DNA of 51,507 nt from an uncultured Roseburia sp. (GCA_964393475.1 CAYMTX010000001.1:1-51507), one strand, 5' to 3'. Positions 8,085 through 18,057 are shown, numbered from the stretch's first letter. Numbers and translations: made by a program. Notes: a model not told the origin generated them from the sequence alone.

Positions 8085-10617
8085 AGTAGATAATAAAAAG
8101 ACAATCCGGCATGTTGCAGATGTTTCTTTTCGGGCAGATAAGATGAGAAATCTGTTTGCAGTCATTGCAATCACACTGACAACGGTTTTATTCAGTGGTT
8201 TATTCACAATTGCGGGAAGTCTGATTTCTTCCGTTGAGGAAAGTACCATGAGGCAGGTCGGGACAAGTGCGCATGGTGTATTTAAGTATCTGACCTCCGA
8301 ACAGTATGAAATATTAAGGAAACATAAGGACATCAAAGAAATTTCGTACTCGGTCGTGCTTGGTATTGCAGAAAATGAGGAACTGGCAAAAAGGCAGACT
8401 GAAATACGGTATGCAAATGATGAAGCAATTGCAAAAATGAATTTTTCTATGCCGACAACCGGAAGATTGCCGCAGACGAAAAAGGAACTGGCAACCGATA
8501 TGATTGTTTTGGATTATCTTGGTGTGCCGGCACGGCTGGGTGAAACTGTTACCTTACAGTATTCAGTCGGCGGGGAACGTTATACGGAAGATTTTACTCT
8601 TGTGGGCTTCTGGGAGGGTGACATCATTACGAGTGCCAGTCAGGTGTGGCTTGACAGAGCATACGTGGAAGAAATTTTAAGCAAATATGAGGTCGAACAG
8701 TTAGATTTTTATGTTGGTTCTATTGATGCAGAGGTTAATCTTTATCATGCATGGAATATTGAGTCGACATTAAGAAAGGTCATTACAGAAAGTGGTTATT
8801 CTGTGCCTTCTGAAAAGGAAGCAGATGGAAAAGAGCAGATAGCATATGGTGTCAACTGGGCATATGAAGATGGTTCTTCTATGGACGCGGGAACGATTTG
8901 CGGCGCAGTACTTGTCATAGCAATTATTATGTTCAGCGGTTATTTAATGATATCCAATGTTTTTTTGATTAGTGTTGCCAAAGATGTCCGGTTCTACGGA
9001 CTGCTAAAGACAATCGGAACAACCGGAAAACAGATAAAAGTGCTGCTAAACCGGCAGGCGATACGTATTTGTCTGACGGGCATTCCAACCGGTCTGCTTT
9101 TAGGAACAGTCATAGGAGGTTCACTTACACCATTCGTACTTGGCATTTTGAATACGAATGTAGTCAGGGTATCGTTGAAATGGCAGGTATTTTTGTTTGC
9201 GGCAGTGTTTTCATTTTTTACGGTATTTATCAGTATTCGCAAAGCCTCTAAAATAGCGGCAAAAGTCAGTCCGATAGAGGCATTACGGACAACAGATGTA
9301 ACCGGAAACAGCAGGAAACAACAGAAAGTGGGAGGTAAAATCAGTCTGTATCAAATGGCATGGCAGAATGTGGGAAGAAACCGCAAAAAAGCCGTTCTTG
9401 TAACACTTTCCCTGACACTTAGTCTTGTCATTTTAAATAGTGCATATGCGCTGGCAGATGGGCTGGATTTGGATGCATATTTAAGTAATATGATAAGTCA
9501 TGATTTTATATTGGGTGATGCTTCCTGGTTTAATGTATACAGTACTTATACCGATCAGGCTGCGATGAGTGATACCTTTTTGGCAGAGCTTTCTGCACAA
9601 AACGGAATAAAAGATTTGGGAAAAATTTATTTTTCCGAAGTTCATGGTGCACTGGATGCACACTGGGACAATATGGCAGAACGTGCCGAAAAAGAACTGG
9701 GAATGTCCGGAGAGTGGCTTGGCTATATGAAAGAAGAAATCGAAAGTGGCAGTGCGATGTATCATGTTTATGGGGTAGATGACAGCGTATGGGAGGATTT
9801 TGTGGTTTGTTCGGGAGAGCCGGATTTGGAAAAGCTGCATAGCGGGAACTATGCCGTAGTCAGTCCGTTTGATACGGAAGGCAGATTAAGTGCGTATGAA
9901 ATCGGTGATACTGTTTCGGTATTTGGCAAAGAAGGAGAACGCATTGACTATGAAATCATTGCGATTGCGAATATTCCATATCAAATCAGCATCAGACATT
10001 CTCATCCGGCTGAAGTGAATGTATTTCTTCCTTCTGAGGTTTTCTTAGAGCAGGTGGAGCAAAAATGTCCGATGGCAGTGGTCCTTGATGCAGAGGAGCA
10101 TGCAACAGAAGAGCTGGAACAGTTTCTTGCTGATTATAGTGAGTCAAGAGATAGGAAGATGCAGTATGTGTCCAAAGCATCCTACATTGAAGAATATCAG
10201 TCTTCACAGCGGACTTATAAAATCGTGGGAACAGTAGCAAGCATGATGCTTGCACTGATAGGAATTGCGAATTTTGCAAACACAAGTATTACCTCTATTA
10301 TGGCAAGAAAGATGGAGTTTGCAATACTTGAAAGTATCGGAATGACCGTAAGACAACAGAGAAAAGTACTGATATTAGAAAGCATTTATTATATGGCTTT
10401 CACATGCGGTATCACGTGGACCATCGGCAGTTTACTTGGAAAAGGTGTGTTATCACTGATGATGGAAGGGAGTACTTATTTTACCTTGAAGTTTACGGTC
10501 ATGCCGTCTGTTTTCTGCATGCCGTTCCTCCTGCTTTTGGCAATCGTGATTCCGATGGTAAGCAGGAGGTATATGAATCGGGAAAGTGTCGTAGAGCGTT
10601 ACCGTTCAAAAATATGA
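8077..10617 (+). CDS. ABC transporter permease (FtsX-like, duplicated)
   Basis: Two FtsX-type modules (YGLLKTIG, EFAILESIGMT) with large extracellular domains; overlaps the ATPase gene. Confidence 0.9.
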   Translation: MIRVDNKKTIRHVADVSFRADKMRNLFAVIAITLTTVLFSGLFTIAGSLISSVEESTMRQVGTSAHGVFKYLTSEQYEILRKHKDIKEISYSVVLGIAENEELAKRQTEIRYANDEAIAKMNFSMPTTGRLPQTKKELATDMIVLDYLGVPARLGETVTLQYSVGGERYTEDFTLVGFWEGDIITSASQVWLDRAYVEEILSKYEVEQLDFYVGSIDAEVNLYHAWNIESTLRKVITESGYSVPSEKEADGKEQIAYGVNWAYEDGSSMDAGTICGAVLVIAIIMFSGYLMISNVFLISVAKDVRFYGLLKTIGTTGKQIKVLLNRQAIRICLTGIPTGLLLGTVIGGSLTPFVLGILNTNVVRVSLKWQVFLFAAVFSFFTVFISIRKASKIAAKVSPIEALRTTDVTGNSRKQQKVGGKISLYQMAWQNVGRNRKKAVLVTLSLTLSLVILNSAYALADGLDLDAYLSNMISHDFILGDASWFNVYSTYTDQAAMSDTFLAELSAQNGIKDLGKIYFSEVHGALDAHWDNMAERAEKELGMSGEWLGYMKEEIESGSAMYHVYGVDDSVWEDFVVCSGEPDLEKLHSGNYAVVSPFDTEGRLSAYEIGDTVSVFGKEGERIDYEIIAIANIPYQISIRHSHPAEVNVFLPSEVFLEQVEQKCPMAVVLDAEEHATEELEQFLADYSESRDRKMQYVSKASYIEEYQSSQRTYKIVGTVASMMLALIGIANFANTSITSIMARKMEFAILESIGMTVRQQRKVLILESIYYMAFTCGITWTIGSLLGKGVLSLMMEGSTYFTLKFTVMPSVFCMPFLLLLAIVIPMVSRRYMNRESVVERYRSKI

Positions 10618-10637
10618 TGTTATTGACTGAAATAATA

Positions 10638-10678
10638 ATGCGCTAACGCGCGGAAGAAATTTCCAAACGTTAGCGCAT
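10638..10678. terminator. hairpin between convergent genes
   Basis: atgcgctaacg...cgttagcgcat 11-bp stem. Confidence 0.55.
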
Positions 10679-10703
10679 ATAAAAATCATATTCCTGTCAG
10701 GTT

Positions 10704-11311
10704 TTAATCTCTGTAAACTTTAAATGAATGATACTGTTTGGTGAATGGGAAAATGAGTGGTACTGTATCAGAGTATTTCTGATATTCCGCATCCAGACCA
10801 TAAGTTTTTTCGTGTCTGAGTTCAAGACGTTGAGCTGAATTGTACATAACATATGTAATATAAACTAAAGCAATGATAACAACAATCCATTGAGCACCTT
10901 TAACTGCACCGATACCGGAGACTGCTACACCGACCCAGAATAATACTTCAGAGAAGTAGTTCGGGCAACGTACAATTTTAAATAAGCCTGTGTCACAGAA
11001 ACGTTTTGGATGTACTTTTTTAGCGACTGATTTCTGATGGTCGGCTAATCCTTCACCAAGGATAGCAACTGCCATGATTACCAGACCGACCCATACGAAA
11101 ATGTTATCTTAGGAACGGTTAATGTATGGTTAAACAGACCGAATATCAATAAATAAGCACCAATACACATTATAGAGAATCCATAACCTACTGACATAAA
11201 CCATACGAATTCATAAAATCACATGCAACAGCCTAATGCAGCAATGATTGTGATACCCCACATGAAAGCAGGCCATACTTTCCCGGCATATTCCGGTAGT
11301 AGACTAAACAT
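10704..11311 (-). pseudogene. DUF1295 (steroid 5-alpha-reductase-like) membrane protein pseudogene
   Basis: Starts at 11311 (TAATG overlap with SDR stop), TGA at codon 31 (11219-11221), continues FYEFVWFMSVGYGF, then an out-of-frame internal deletion near 11110 joins to ORF 10704..11075 (GLFKIVRCPNYFSE). Paralog of 19592..20392. Confidence 0.85.
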
Positions 11312-12171
11312 TATGATTTACCTCCAAAGTATTCTTTTACGTATTCTTTAAAGCTTCCTTCACCTGTTACATCTTTGCCGACTAAGTCATGCGATAAAGT
11401 CCATTTTGAAAATAAAATAATATCGCGTTTTCCGGCTTTTTTAATAAATGGCATATTCGCTAACATAGAGAACATGAAAATAGAGCTGTCTTTGATAATA
11501 ACCGGTTTTCCGGCTGCTCTTAAACACATCTTAGCCATTTCTTCGTAAGTGTAAGTTTCTTTTCCGCCTACTTCGTAAACTGCGTTTGTGTCATTCATAT
11601 GAGAAACGATATAGGTAGCAAAATCAGGACAGTCAACTACGTTTGCCCGAATGTCATGGTAACCTTTTAATAACTGCATTTCACCCTTATCTACATACTG
11701 CTTAAATACTTTGCAGATATCATAGAAGTAGCCTGTCGGACGATAAATAACATATTTCAGACCGGATTTTAATAATTCATCTTCAAACATTGCTTTTGCA
11801 TGCAACATTGGAACTTTTTCTGCACCCGGTTCTTTGCAGGCAATAACAGAGATGTAGTTGAATTTCTTAATATTTGCTTTCTTTGCTTCGTTTAATAAAT
11901 TTAAGTTACCCTGATAATCAATGTCATAAGAAGTTACAACAGTAGAGGCACCGGTCAGTCCCATAGTGGTAATAACAACATCAACGCCGTCACAAATACC
12001 GGCTAATGTCTCCGGCTTGGTAGCGTCAATTGCTTTAAATGTATATTTTCCTTTTAATTCGTTCTCATTTTCTTTTAAGTCGGCTGCGATAATTTCATGA
12101 TTTTCTCTCGCTAATGCTTTGAGGATTTCAAAACCTAAATTACCGAATGCACCTGCTAATAATACTTTCAT
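11311..12171 (-). CDS. atypical SDR/NmrA-like NAD(P)H oxidoreductase (SDR_a5-like, the group including BciA/DVR 8-vinyl reductases)
   Basis: GAFGNLG Rossmann motif, DGVDVVI, IDYQGNLNLLNEAK, YRPTGYF, EVGGKETYT. Confidence 0.8.
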   Translation of the reverse strand: MKVLLAGAFGNLGFEILKALARENHEIIAADLKENENELKGKYTFKAIDATKPETLAGICDGVDVVITTMGLTGASTVVTSYDIDYQGNLNLLNEAKKANIKKFNYISVIACKEPGAEKVPMLHAKAMFEDELLKSGLKYVIYRPTGYFYDICKVFKQYVDKGEMQLLKGYHDIRANVVDCPDFATYIVSHMNDTNAVYEVGGKETYTYEEMAKMCLRAAGKPVIIKDSSIFMFSMLANMPFIKKAGKRDIILFSKWTLSHDLVGKDVTGEGSFKEYVKEYFGGKS

Positions 12172-12189
12172 GATTCCTCTCCCTTCTTT

Positions 12190-12702
12190 TTAAAAACGTA
12201 CAATCTGACGTACATCATATCCGGCTTTTACAAAGTCGGTATCGTACATTTCATATACCTGTGGTGTAATTTTGATTAAAGCAACATCTACTTTTGCAGC
12301 TTTCATGACATCGTAAGGGATGCCTTTAAATTCTAAAACTTTTTTGAATAAGTCACATCTCGGCGGGAATAATTCTGCTTTTCCCATTACCTGTAAACCA
12401 TGGGAATCGTCCTTGTTACCATAGTATTCAAAGATTGCCAGAGAAACGTTTTCGTTTTTCTCAAGACCGATAAATTTGCTTCCACCTTCTGAATACAGGT
12501 AGAATTCCCCATCCATGAAAGTGTACTCAATCGGAGTACAACGAACATAGTCTCCTGTTGCAGTAGCTAAAGCACAGGTATTGTGATTCTTGATGAAAGT
12601 CTCAATGTGATTTATAGCTTCCTTGGAATCCATGTGCGTTGCAGTTTTCTGCTGCTCAATCCAAAAATTTTTGAAATGATTGATGTCTACTTTTTCTTGC
12701 AT
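12190..12702 (-). CDS. pyridoxamine 5'-phosphate oxidase-like FMN-binding split-barrel protein
   Basis: CALAT, RCTPIEY, SKFIGLEKNENVSL, GLQVMGKAE. Confidence 0.85.
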   Translation of the reverse strand: MQEKVDINHFKNFWIEQQKTATHMDSKEAINHIETFIKNHNTCALATATGDYVRCTPIEYTFMDGEFYLYSEGGSKFIGLEKNENVSLAIFEYYGNKDDSHGLQVMGKAELFPPRCDLFKKVLEFKGIPYDVMKAAKVDVALIKITPQVYEMYDTDFVKAGYDVRQIVRF

Positions 12703-12731
12703 AATAACCTCCCTAAGTATATAATTTTTTG

Positions 12732-12750
12732 GTAACTATTGGATAGTTAC
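12732..12750. promoter_or_regulatory. 8-3-8 palindrome in the leader of the PNPOx-like operon
   Basis: GTAACTAT-tgg-ATAGTTAC. Confidence 0.55.
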
Positions 12751-12769
12751 TTTGTTAAATTATAAACAA

Positions 12770-12798
12770 ATTATATACCCTACGAATAAAAATTTCAA
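12770..12798 (-). promoter_or_regulatory. sigma-A promoter of the PNPOx-SDR-DUF1295 operon
   Basis: Minus strand TTGAAA (12798-12793), 17 bp, TATAAT (12775-12770). Confidence 0.7.
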
Positions 12799-12804
12799 GA
12801 AATA

Positions 12805-12820
12805 TATGAACGTGTTCATA
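12805..12820. promoter_or_regulatory. putative TetR operator, copy 1
   Basis: TATGAAC-gt-GTTCATA; matches the palindrome at 18058-18069 at 11/12 positions. Confidence 0.65.
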
Positions 12821-12940
12821 AAAATGTTATTATTCGTAGTCAAACAGACATCGGCATATGGATTTCTGAGCTTACTTGCAAAAATTTATATGAAGATGTA
12901 TGGGAATAGTAACATTCATAGATAACTGGGAAAGAGGAAA

Positions 12941-14050
12941 ATGGAAAATAATTTTGATGATAGAGAATATGAAGAACGCCGTCAGCGCAATGCGGAGCGA
13001 ATTGCCCGTATGCGTAAGGCAAAACAACGGCAGATGAGAAGGTGGCTTTTGCTTAAATGGCTATTGCCGGTGTCATTTGGAGTATTGGTTTTATGTCTTG
13101 TTTTTACGAGGGACAATGGAGTGGATGGTAATCCGGATGTTGTTAGTGAAACGCAGACCGAAGTAATTGCCGGTACGGAAGAGGCACAGGCAGCAGGAGA
13201 GACAGAAGCACCGGAAGTGCAAGCGGGAATCGTGTATGAGTTCATAGAGACAGAGGATACAGTTGGGATTTATAGTGAAGATGTAATCAGTTCGCATGCG
13301 ATTTTGATAGATGAAAGCAATAACACAATTGTGGCAAAAAAAGGTGCATACGATAGGATTTCTCCTGCGTCTATGACAAAGGTTTTGACGGTGCTTGTAG
13401 CGGCAGAGCATGTGACAAAAGGAGAGCTGGATGACCCATTTACGATGACTTTGCAAATCACGGATTATGCGTATGAGAACGATTGTAGTGCGGTGGGCTT
13501 TTTGGATAGTGAGGTTGTGACTGTGCGGGATTTGTTCTACGGAACAATATTACCTTCCGGTGGCGATGCTGCACTGGGACTTGCAACATATGTGGCAGGG
13601 TCTCATGAAGCTTTTGTGTATTTGATGAATGAGAAGCTTGAAGAACTTGGGTTATCGGAAACAGCACATTTTACGAACTGTGTGGGACTTTACGATAAAG
13701 AACATTACTGCACGGTTTATGATATGGCGATTATTATGAAGGCGGCAATGGAAAATGAGATGTGCCGGGAGTTTTTATCAGCAAAAAAATATACCACGAC
13801 ACCAACAGAACAGCACCCGGAGGGAATAACGATTTCGAACTGGTTCTTGCGACGAATTGAAGACAAAGATACCAACGGGGAAGTGATAGGTGCTAAAACG
13901 GGCTATGTGTCACAGTCGGGAAGCTGTGCAGTCAGCTATGCAATCTGTGGGGAAAACAATACACCATATATCTGTGTGACGGCTGGAGCACACAGCAGTT
14001 GGCGGTGCATTTATGACCAGGTAGAGATTTATACAAAATACGTGCCGTAA
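12941..14050 (+). CDS. D-alanyl-D-alanine carboxypeptidase (peptidase S11)
   Basis: PASMTK (SxxK), LPSGGDAA, HFTNCVGL, AKTGY; N-terminal membrane anchor. Confidence 0.9.
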   Translation: MENNFDDREYEERRQRNAERIARMRKAKQRQMRRWLLLKWLLPVSFGVLVLCLVFTRDNGVDGNPDVVSETQTEVIAGTEEAQAAGETEAPEVQAGIVYEFIETEDTVGIYSEDVISSHAILIDESNNTIVAKKGAYDRISPASMTKVLTVLVAAEHVTKGELDDPFTMTLQITDYAYENDCSAVGFLDSEVVTVRDLFYGTILPSGGDAALGLATYVAGSHEAFVYLMNEKLEELGLSETAHFTNCVGLYDKEHYCTVYDMAIIMKAAMENEMCREFLSAKKYTTTPTEQHPEGITISNWFLRRIEDKDTNGEVIGAKTGYVSQSGSCAVSYAICGENNTPYICVTAGAHSSWRCIYDQVEIYTKYVP

Positions 14051-14439
14051 GATACTGATTGGTCGTATTATGTGTGGCGATGATATAGCATGGAACGCTT
14101 CTGAGGTACCAATTTTTTGTTGTAATATCAAAAAGCTTGAAATACTACTTTGTCGTCTGAAAGAAATGTGATTTTTTATGTGCGCTCAAGGTTGAAGCAA
14201 ATTTCGGCTTCTGTCTGTATAATCACGAACTGCTTTTTATGGCTTGTCTAGTGTTCCTTACAGACAGAAGCCGGAATTTGTTCAACGCATTAGCGAACAC
14301 AAAACGATATTCTTTCAGAAGGCAAAGAGTATTTCTAAGCTTTTCTCTAAAACAACAAAAATTAGTACCTCAGAAGCGTTCCATGCTATATCATCGTCCA
14401 TACAGGACGTAGCCAATCAGCATCTTACGGCATGTATTT
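14036..14439. repeat. ~404-bp imperfect palindromic (fold-back) element
   Basis: Arms about 14036-14219 and 14259-14439 pair along their whole length, including a perfect 32-bp block (14078-14109 with 14365-14396). Confidence 0.9.
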
Positions 14440-15136
14440 ATGGAAGTTCTACCGTTCCTGTTTCTAAGGCATCCATCGCAGTATAAGTCGCCTTAAATTT
14501 CCCGGTGTATTCAGGTGAACAGTTGGAGTGGATATAGAAAGTATCCATTCCGGCTTTTTTTGCACCAAAAATATCGCAGACTTCATCGTTGCCGACAAAG
14601 AGACATTCTTTTCCCAAAAGACCGCAGCGTTTCATCAGCATTTTAAAAAACATCAGATTCGGTTTTTTAACACCACAATCCGAAGATATCATAATCACAT
14701 CAAAATACTCAGTCAGACCAAGTGCATTTAACTCATGTTCCGTGAAACTTCGCTGTGCGTTTGACAACAAATAAATACCCTTTCCTTCGGATTTTAATTT
14801 TTCCAAGACAGGTAGGCTCCACGGATAAAGACGGATATATTCTGTAGAGGTATCACGGAAGAAACGGCAGGTTTCTAATATTAATGTATCATCGGCAGTC
14901 ACACCTTTATCTGTGAATAATTGGCGGAATACATCTTCCACACGGATTTCTTCGGAGATGTCTAATTGAACAGTTACATTTGCAAGATATGCATTTTGTA
15001 TTTCTTCTGCGGTGTATTTTGCATTATGCTTACTATAGAATTTGGCCAAAGCATTCCAGAGTTTTGGGTTTTCTTCATCTGTATGAATATCTATTAATGT
15101 TCCATATAAATCAAAAATGTAATTTTTGTATTTCAT
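14438..15136 (-). CDS. HAD-superfamily hydrolase
   Basis: IFDLYGTL, LLSNAQ, KKPN, FVGNDEVCDI. Confidence 0.9.
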   Translation of the reverse strand: MKYKNYIFDLYGTLIDIHTDEENPKLWNALAKFYSKHNAKYTAEEIQNAYLANVTVQLDISEEIRVEDVFRQLFTDKGVTADDTLILETCRFFRDTSTEYIRLYPWSLPVLEKLKSEGKGIYLLSNAQRSFTEHELNALGLTEYFDVIMISSDCGVKKPNLMFFKMLMKRCGLLGKECLFVGNDEVCDIFGAKKAGMDTFYIHSNCSPEYTGKFKATYTAMDALETGTVELP

Positions 15137-15233
15137 GATGCCCTCGCTTATACTAATCGCTATCACGCAGACGCTTTTGCGTCAATGCTATCATTCTGTA
15201 GTAAGTATATAGAAAAGTGTGCGAAAAAGCAAC

Positions 15234-16115
15234 TTAATACTTGTTTTCACCGACCTGCAATACTCGAAATCCCTGTCCATGTACTTCGCTGGATTCTAAT
15301 ACAATTAAAAAAGCCTGTGGGTCGGCAAACCTTACAGCAACTTGCACTAAATACATTTCCTTATTGTTGCAGGCACACAGCACAATATCTTTCTCGGCTC
15401 CTTGGAAACCGCCTTGTGCTTTTATTAGTGTCGTTCCGCGTCCACAGCAATTATCAATTACATTGCTAATTATTTTTCCGCAACCGGTGACAATAATCGC
15501 CAGTTTTCCGGCATTCACACCGTACATCATCTTATCTACAACGAAAGCAAAAAGGTAATTCACAATCATACCGTAGATAATGCCGTCGATATCCCGAAGT
15601 AAAATACCACCGATAAAAATAATTCCGATATCTGCAAGAAATGCAATTTTTCCAATGGAGAGATAGGGACGTTTGGCTTTTATAGCCATAATGATAAAGT
15701 CTATACCACCGGTCGAAGAATACTGCATATATATAAGTGCATAACCAATGCCACCCAGTACACCGGTAGTCAAAGCCGCAAGCAGACGGTCTCCTGCATA
15801 GACAGGAAACAGAGGAGCAACGTAATCAATAAAAATAGAGGAAATCAGCATGCAGCGTATGGAACTTAGAAAAAAATGTTTTCCGAGTAGACGGTAGCAA
15901 AGTAATGCTACCGGAAGATTTAAAAAAATAGTTGTAATTCCAATAGGAATCCGAAATAAGCGGTACAAAATAATTGCAATCCCGGAAAAACCCGTCATGG
16001 GAAATTCCGCCGGGACTGCAAAATTATAAATAGCAGCAGCGATTAGGATACTTCCAATCAGTTCCCAGAAAAGCTGTACTGCAATCGGTTTTAAGGTTTC
16101 TTTTTCGAGCCGCAT
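15234..16115 (-). CDS. YitT family membrane protein (DUF161/DUF2179)
   Basis: TGFSGIA, LNLP, STGGIDF, RGTTL, DPQAF...EVHGQGF. Confidence 0.9.
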   Translation of the reverse strand: MRLEKETLKPIAVQLFWELIGSILIAAAIYNFAVPAEFPMTGFSGIAIILYRLFRIPIGITTIFLNLPVALLCYRLLGKHFFLSSIRCMLISSIFIDYVAPLFPVYAGDRLLAALTTGVLGGIGYALIYMQYSSTGGIDFIIMAIKAKRPYLSIGKIAFLADIGIIFIGGILLRDIDGIIYGMIVNYLFAFVVDKMMYGVNAGKLAIIVTGCGKIISNVIDNCCGRGTTLIKAQGGFQGAEKDIVLCACNNKEMYLVQVAVRFADPQAFLIVLESSEVHGQGFRVLQVGENKY

Positions 16116-16258
16116 ATGTTCTCCTTTTGGTGCAAAATATTCTTTCCATGAGAATAGAATGTGTGAAAAAGAGATTATTATGCAAAAAACAACGCGGTAT
16201 GTAAGGTGTAACCGATAAATGCATGTTTTATAAACGTTTTGATATATTTGATAGGAGC

Positions 16259-17890
16259 TTAGCGTATGTTCAGGTTTTTCATATCCATTTTCATTTGATA
16301 CATCATTTTATCGGCGCGGCGTAAGGTGTCGCTGAAGTCAATGTCTGTTTGACTGTCATAGTTTGCATAGCCGTAGGCAATGCTTACAGGAAATGGCAGT
16401 GCTTTTGTTTGGTTAATGTTTTGTAACAATTCATCAAAGGTGTTAAGACAGAGCCGGCATTCTGCTTCACTGGATTCAGGAAGAAGAACACAGAATTCGT
16501 CACCACCCATACGAATACATTCGCCGATAGGAAAGGCTTTTTTGATTAGTACGGCACTGTTGCGAAGGAGCTCATCGCCCCAGTCGTGTCCCATTGTATC
16601 GTTACATAATTTTAGATTGTTGACATCCAACATAATAAGAAAACAATTTTCACGATAAACATTATGTTTTTTTAAAAATTCATAATAAAAAGCACGGTTA
16701 TAAAGCCCGGTTAATGTATCGTGGAAAGCAAGGTTTTTAAAATGCTCAGCCTGATAGCCACGGTCAATTAAGCGCTTGGTTTCCCTTGCGGACATAAGCC
16801 CCATTAATGAGGCATAAATTAAAAACGATAAAAGACAGAAAATCATGCTGCTTGCATTGCCGGAGAGGTAATAAACAATCAAATCAATGAGAACTCCTAC
16901 AATACACAGAATGCAACAGGAGATAGTAACTTTCATTTTTTTTGATAATTTAGTACGTTTCGCTTCCAGGATGACATTTGTCATAATGTATATAATGGTG
17001 AAGATAATCATTATGTGTGAAACAGTAAGCGTCTGTCGTAAATCGGCAATACCGCATAATTGCAATATAATGATTATGGTAGTGACGGTGTCACAGAGCA
17101 AAGTCGCAATAAACCAATGAAAGCTGTTTTCCTTGTGTAACTGATGCTGAATAAAAGTTAAAAAAGGAACAATCATTAGTGAAATGGCAATGATGGCGAT
17201 TCCGGACAGAACCAGTGAATTAGTGAAAATGACCGGAGCGACAGTCATGTCACACATTTTCCACACGCCGGCAGCGATGGAGAAAACACCAAGCATAGAA
17301 ATACTACGATCCAGTTCTTGGTTACGAAAGTTTACAAAGTAAAATATAATGAATACAATACCCAGAATAATAGCGAGAAATGCAATTGCCATAATCGGAA
17401 GATTTGTAATCATTAGATATTTATGAACAATATTTATGTCACCAAGATAAATCTGTAATTTGTTAGCAAGACTGCTTTTATAAGAAGGATGAATCTGAAT
17501 AATCAGTTCTTTTCCTTCATCTGTAGAATCTATATAAATTTCTGCCCATTCATATCCGGGGCTTTTTGTGATGGTGAGATTCTCATTCAAAGAAAGTTGA
17601 TAGACGAGTTCATCATCTATGTAGACATCTGCCAACTGGTGCGCAAGGTAGAAAGCGATGCAACCATTGTATTCCGGAACGTTATGTAGTGTATATTTGT
17701 ACTCTTGCGTAATTCCAATAGGCGCATTTTCATTCTCATAAGAAGTCAATTCATACTCCGTTATCGTTTCAAAAAGCTGCTTTGTACGTGGAGTGGATAT
17801 GGAAACAGACTGCCCGAATGCCAAGGTCAGAATCATTATTGTGGCAAGTGTGACACAGAATATATAAAAAATTTTGGTTATATGTTTCAT
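16259..17890 (-). CDS. membrane-bound diguanylate cyclase (sensor + multi-TM + GGDEF)
   Basis: DTLTGLYNR, DVNNLK..ND..GH..GD, RMGGDEF; about 7 TM segments. Confidence 0.92.
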   Translation of the reverse strand: MKHITKIFYIFCVTLATIMILTLAFGQSVSISTPRTKQLFETITEYELTSYENENAPIGITQEYKYTLHNVPEYNGCIAFYLAHQLADVYIDDELVYQLSLNENLTITKSPGYEWAEIYIDSTDEGKELIIQIHPSYKSSLANKLQIYLGDINIVHKYLMITNLPIMAIAFLAIILGIVFIIFYFVNFRNQELDRSISMLGVFSIAAGVWKMCDMTVAPVIFTNSLVLSGIAIIAISLMIVPFLTFIQHQLHKENSFHWFIATLLCDTVTTIIIILQLCGIADLRQTLTVSHIMIIFTIIYIMTNVILEAKRTKLSKKMKVTISCCILCIVGVLIDLIVYYLSGNASSMIFCLLSFLIYASLMGLMSARETKRLIDRGYQAEHFKNLAFHDTLTGLYNRAFYYEFLKKHNVYRENCFLIMLDVNNLKLCNDTMGHDWGDELLRNSAVLIKKAFPIGECIRMGGDEFCVLLPESSEAECRLCLNTFDELLQNINQTKALPFPVSIAYGYANYDSQTDIDFSDTLRRADKMMYQMKMDMKNLNIR

Positions 17891-18018
17891 GGATTTTTCC
17901 TCATTAATTTAGAAAATAGATACTATCATGTAATATTATAGCATAAATTGCGGGGAGGAACAATTTGCAAGTTTCACAAAATATCATGTAAAACTGCAAA
18001 CTCTCAAGTGAAACTGCC

Positions 18019-18046
18019 TTGACAAAAATTTAACACATGCTATAAT
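18019..18046 (+). promoter_or_regulatory. near-consensus sigma-A promoter of the TetR operon
   Basis: TTGACA (18019-18024), 16 bp, TGc-TATAAT (18041-18046). Confidence 0.8.
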
Positions 18047-18057
18047 TGGAAACATAA

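Noticed and set aside
12805-12820. TGAAC..GTTCA as a LexA box
   Set aside because: The spacer is 2 nt, not the 4 nt of the Firmicute SOS box.
13910-14486. ORFs 13910..14131(-) and 14244..14486(+) sharing TSEAFHAISS
   Set aside because: Mirror translations of the two palindrome arms; no RBS and they overlap real genes.
17988-18017. gt(a/g)aaactgc direct repeat as a LytTR site for the GGDEF gene
   Set aside because: The period is 20 bp, shorter than typical, and no LytTR gene is in the window; too weak to call.
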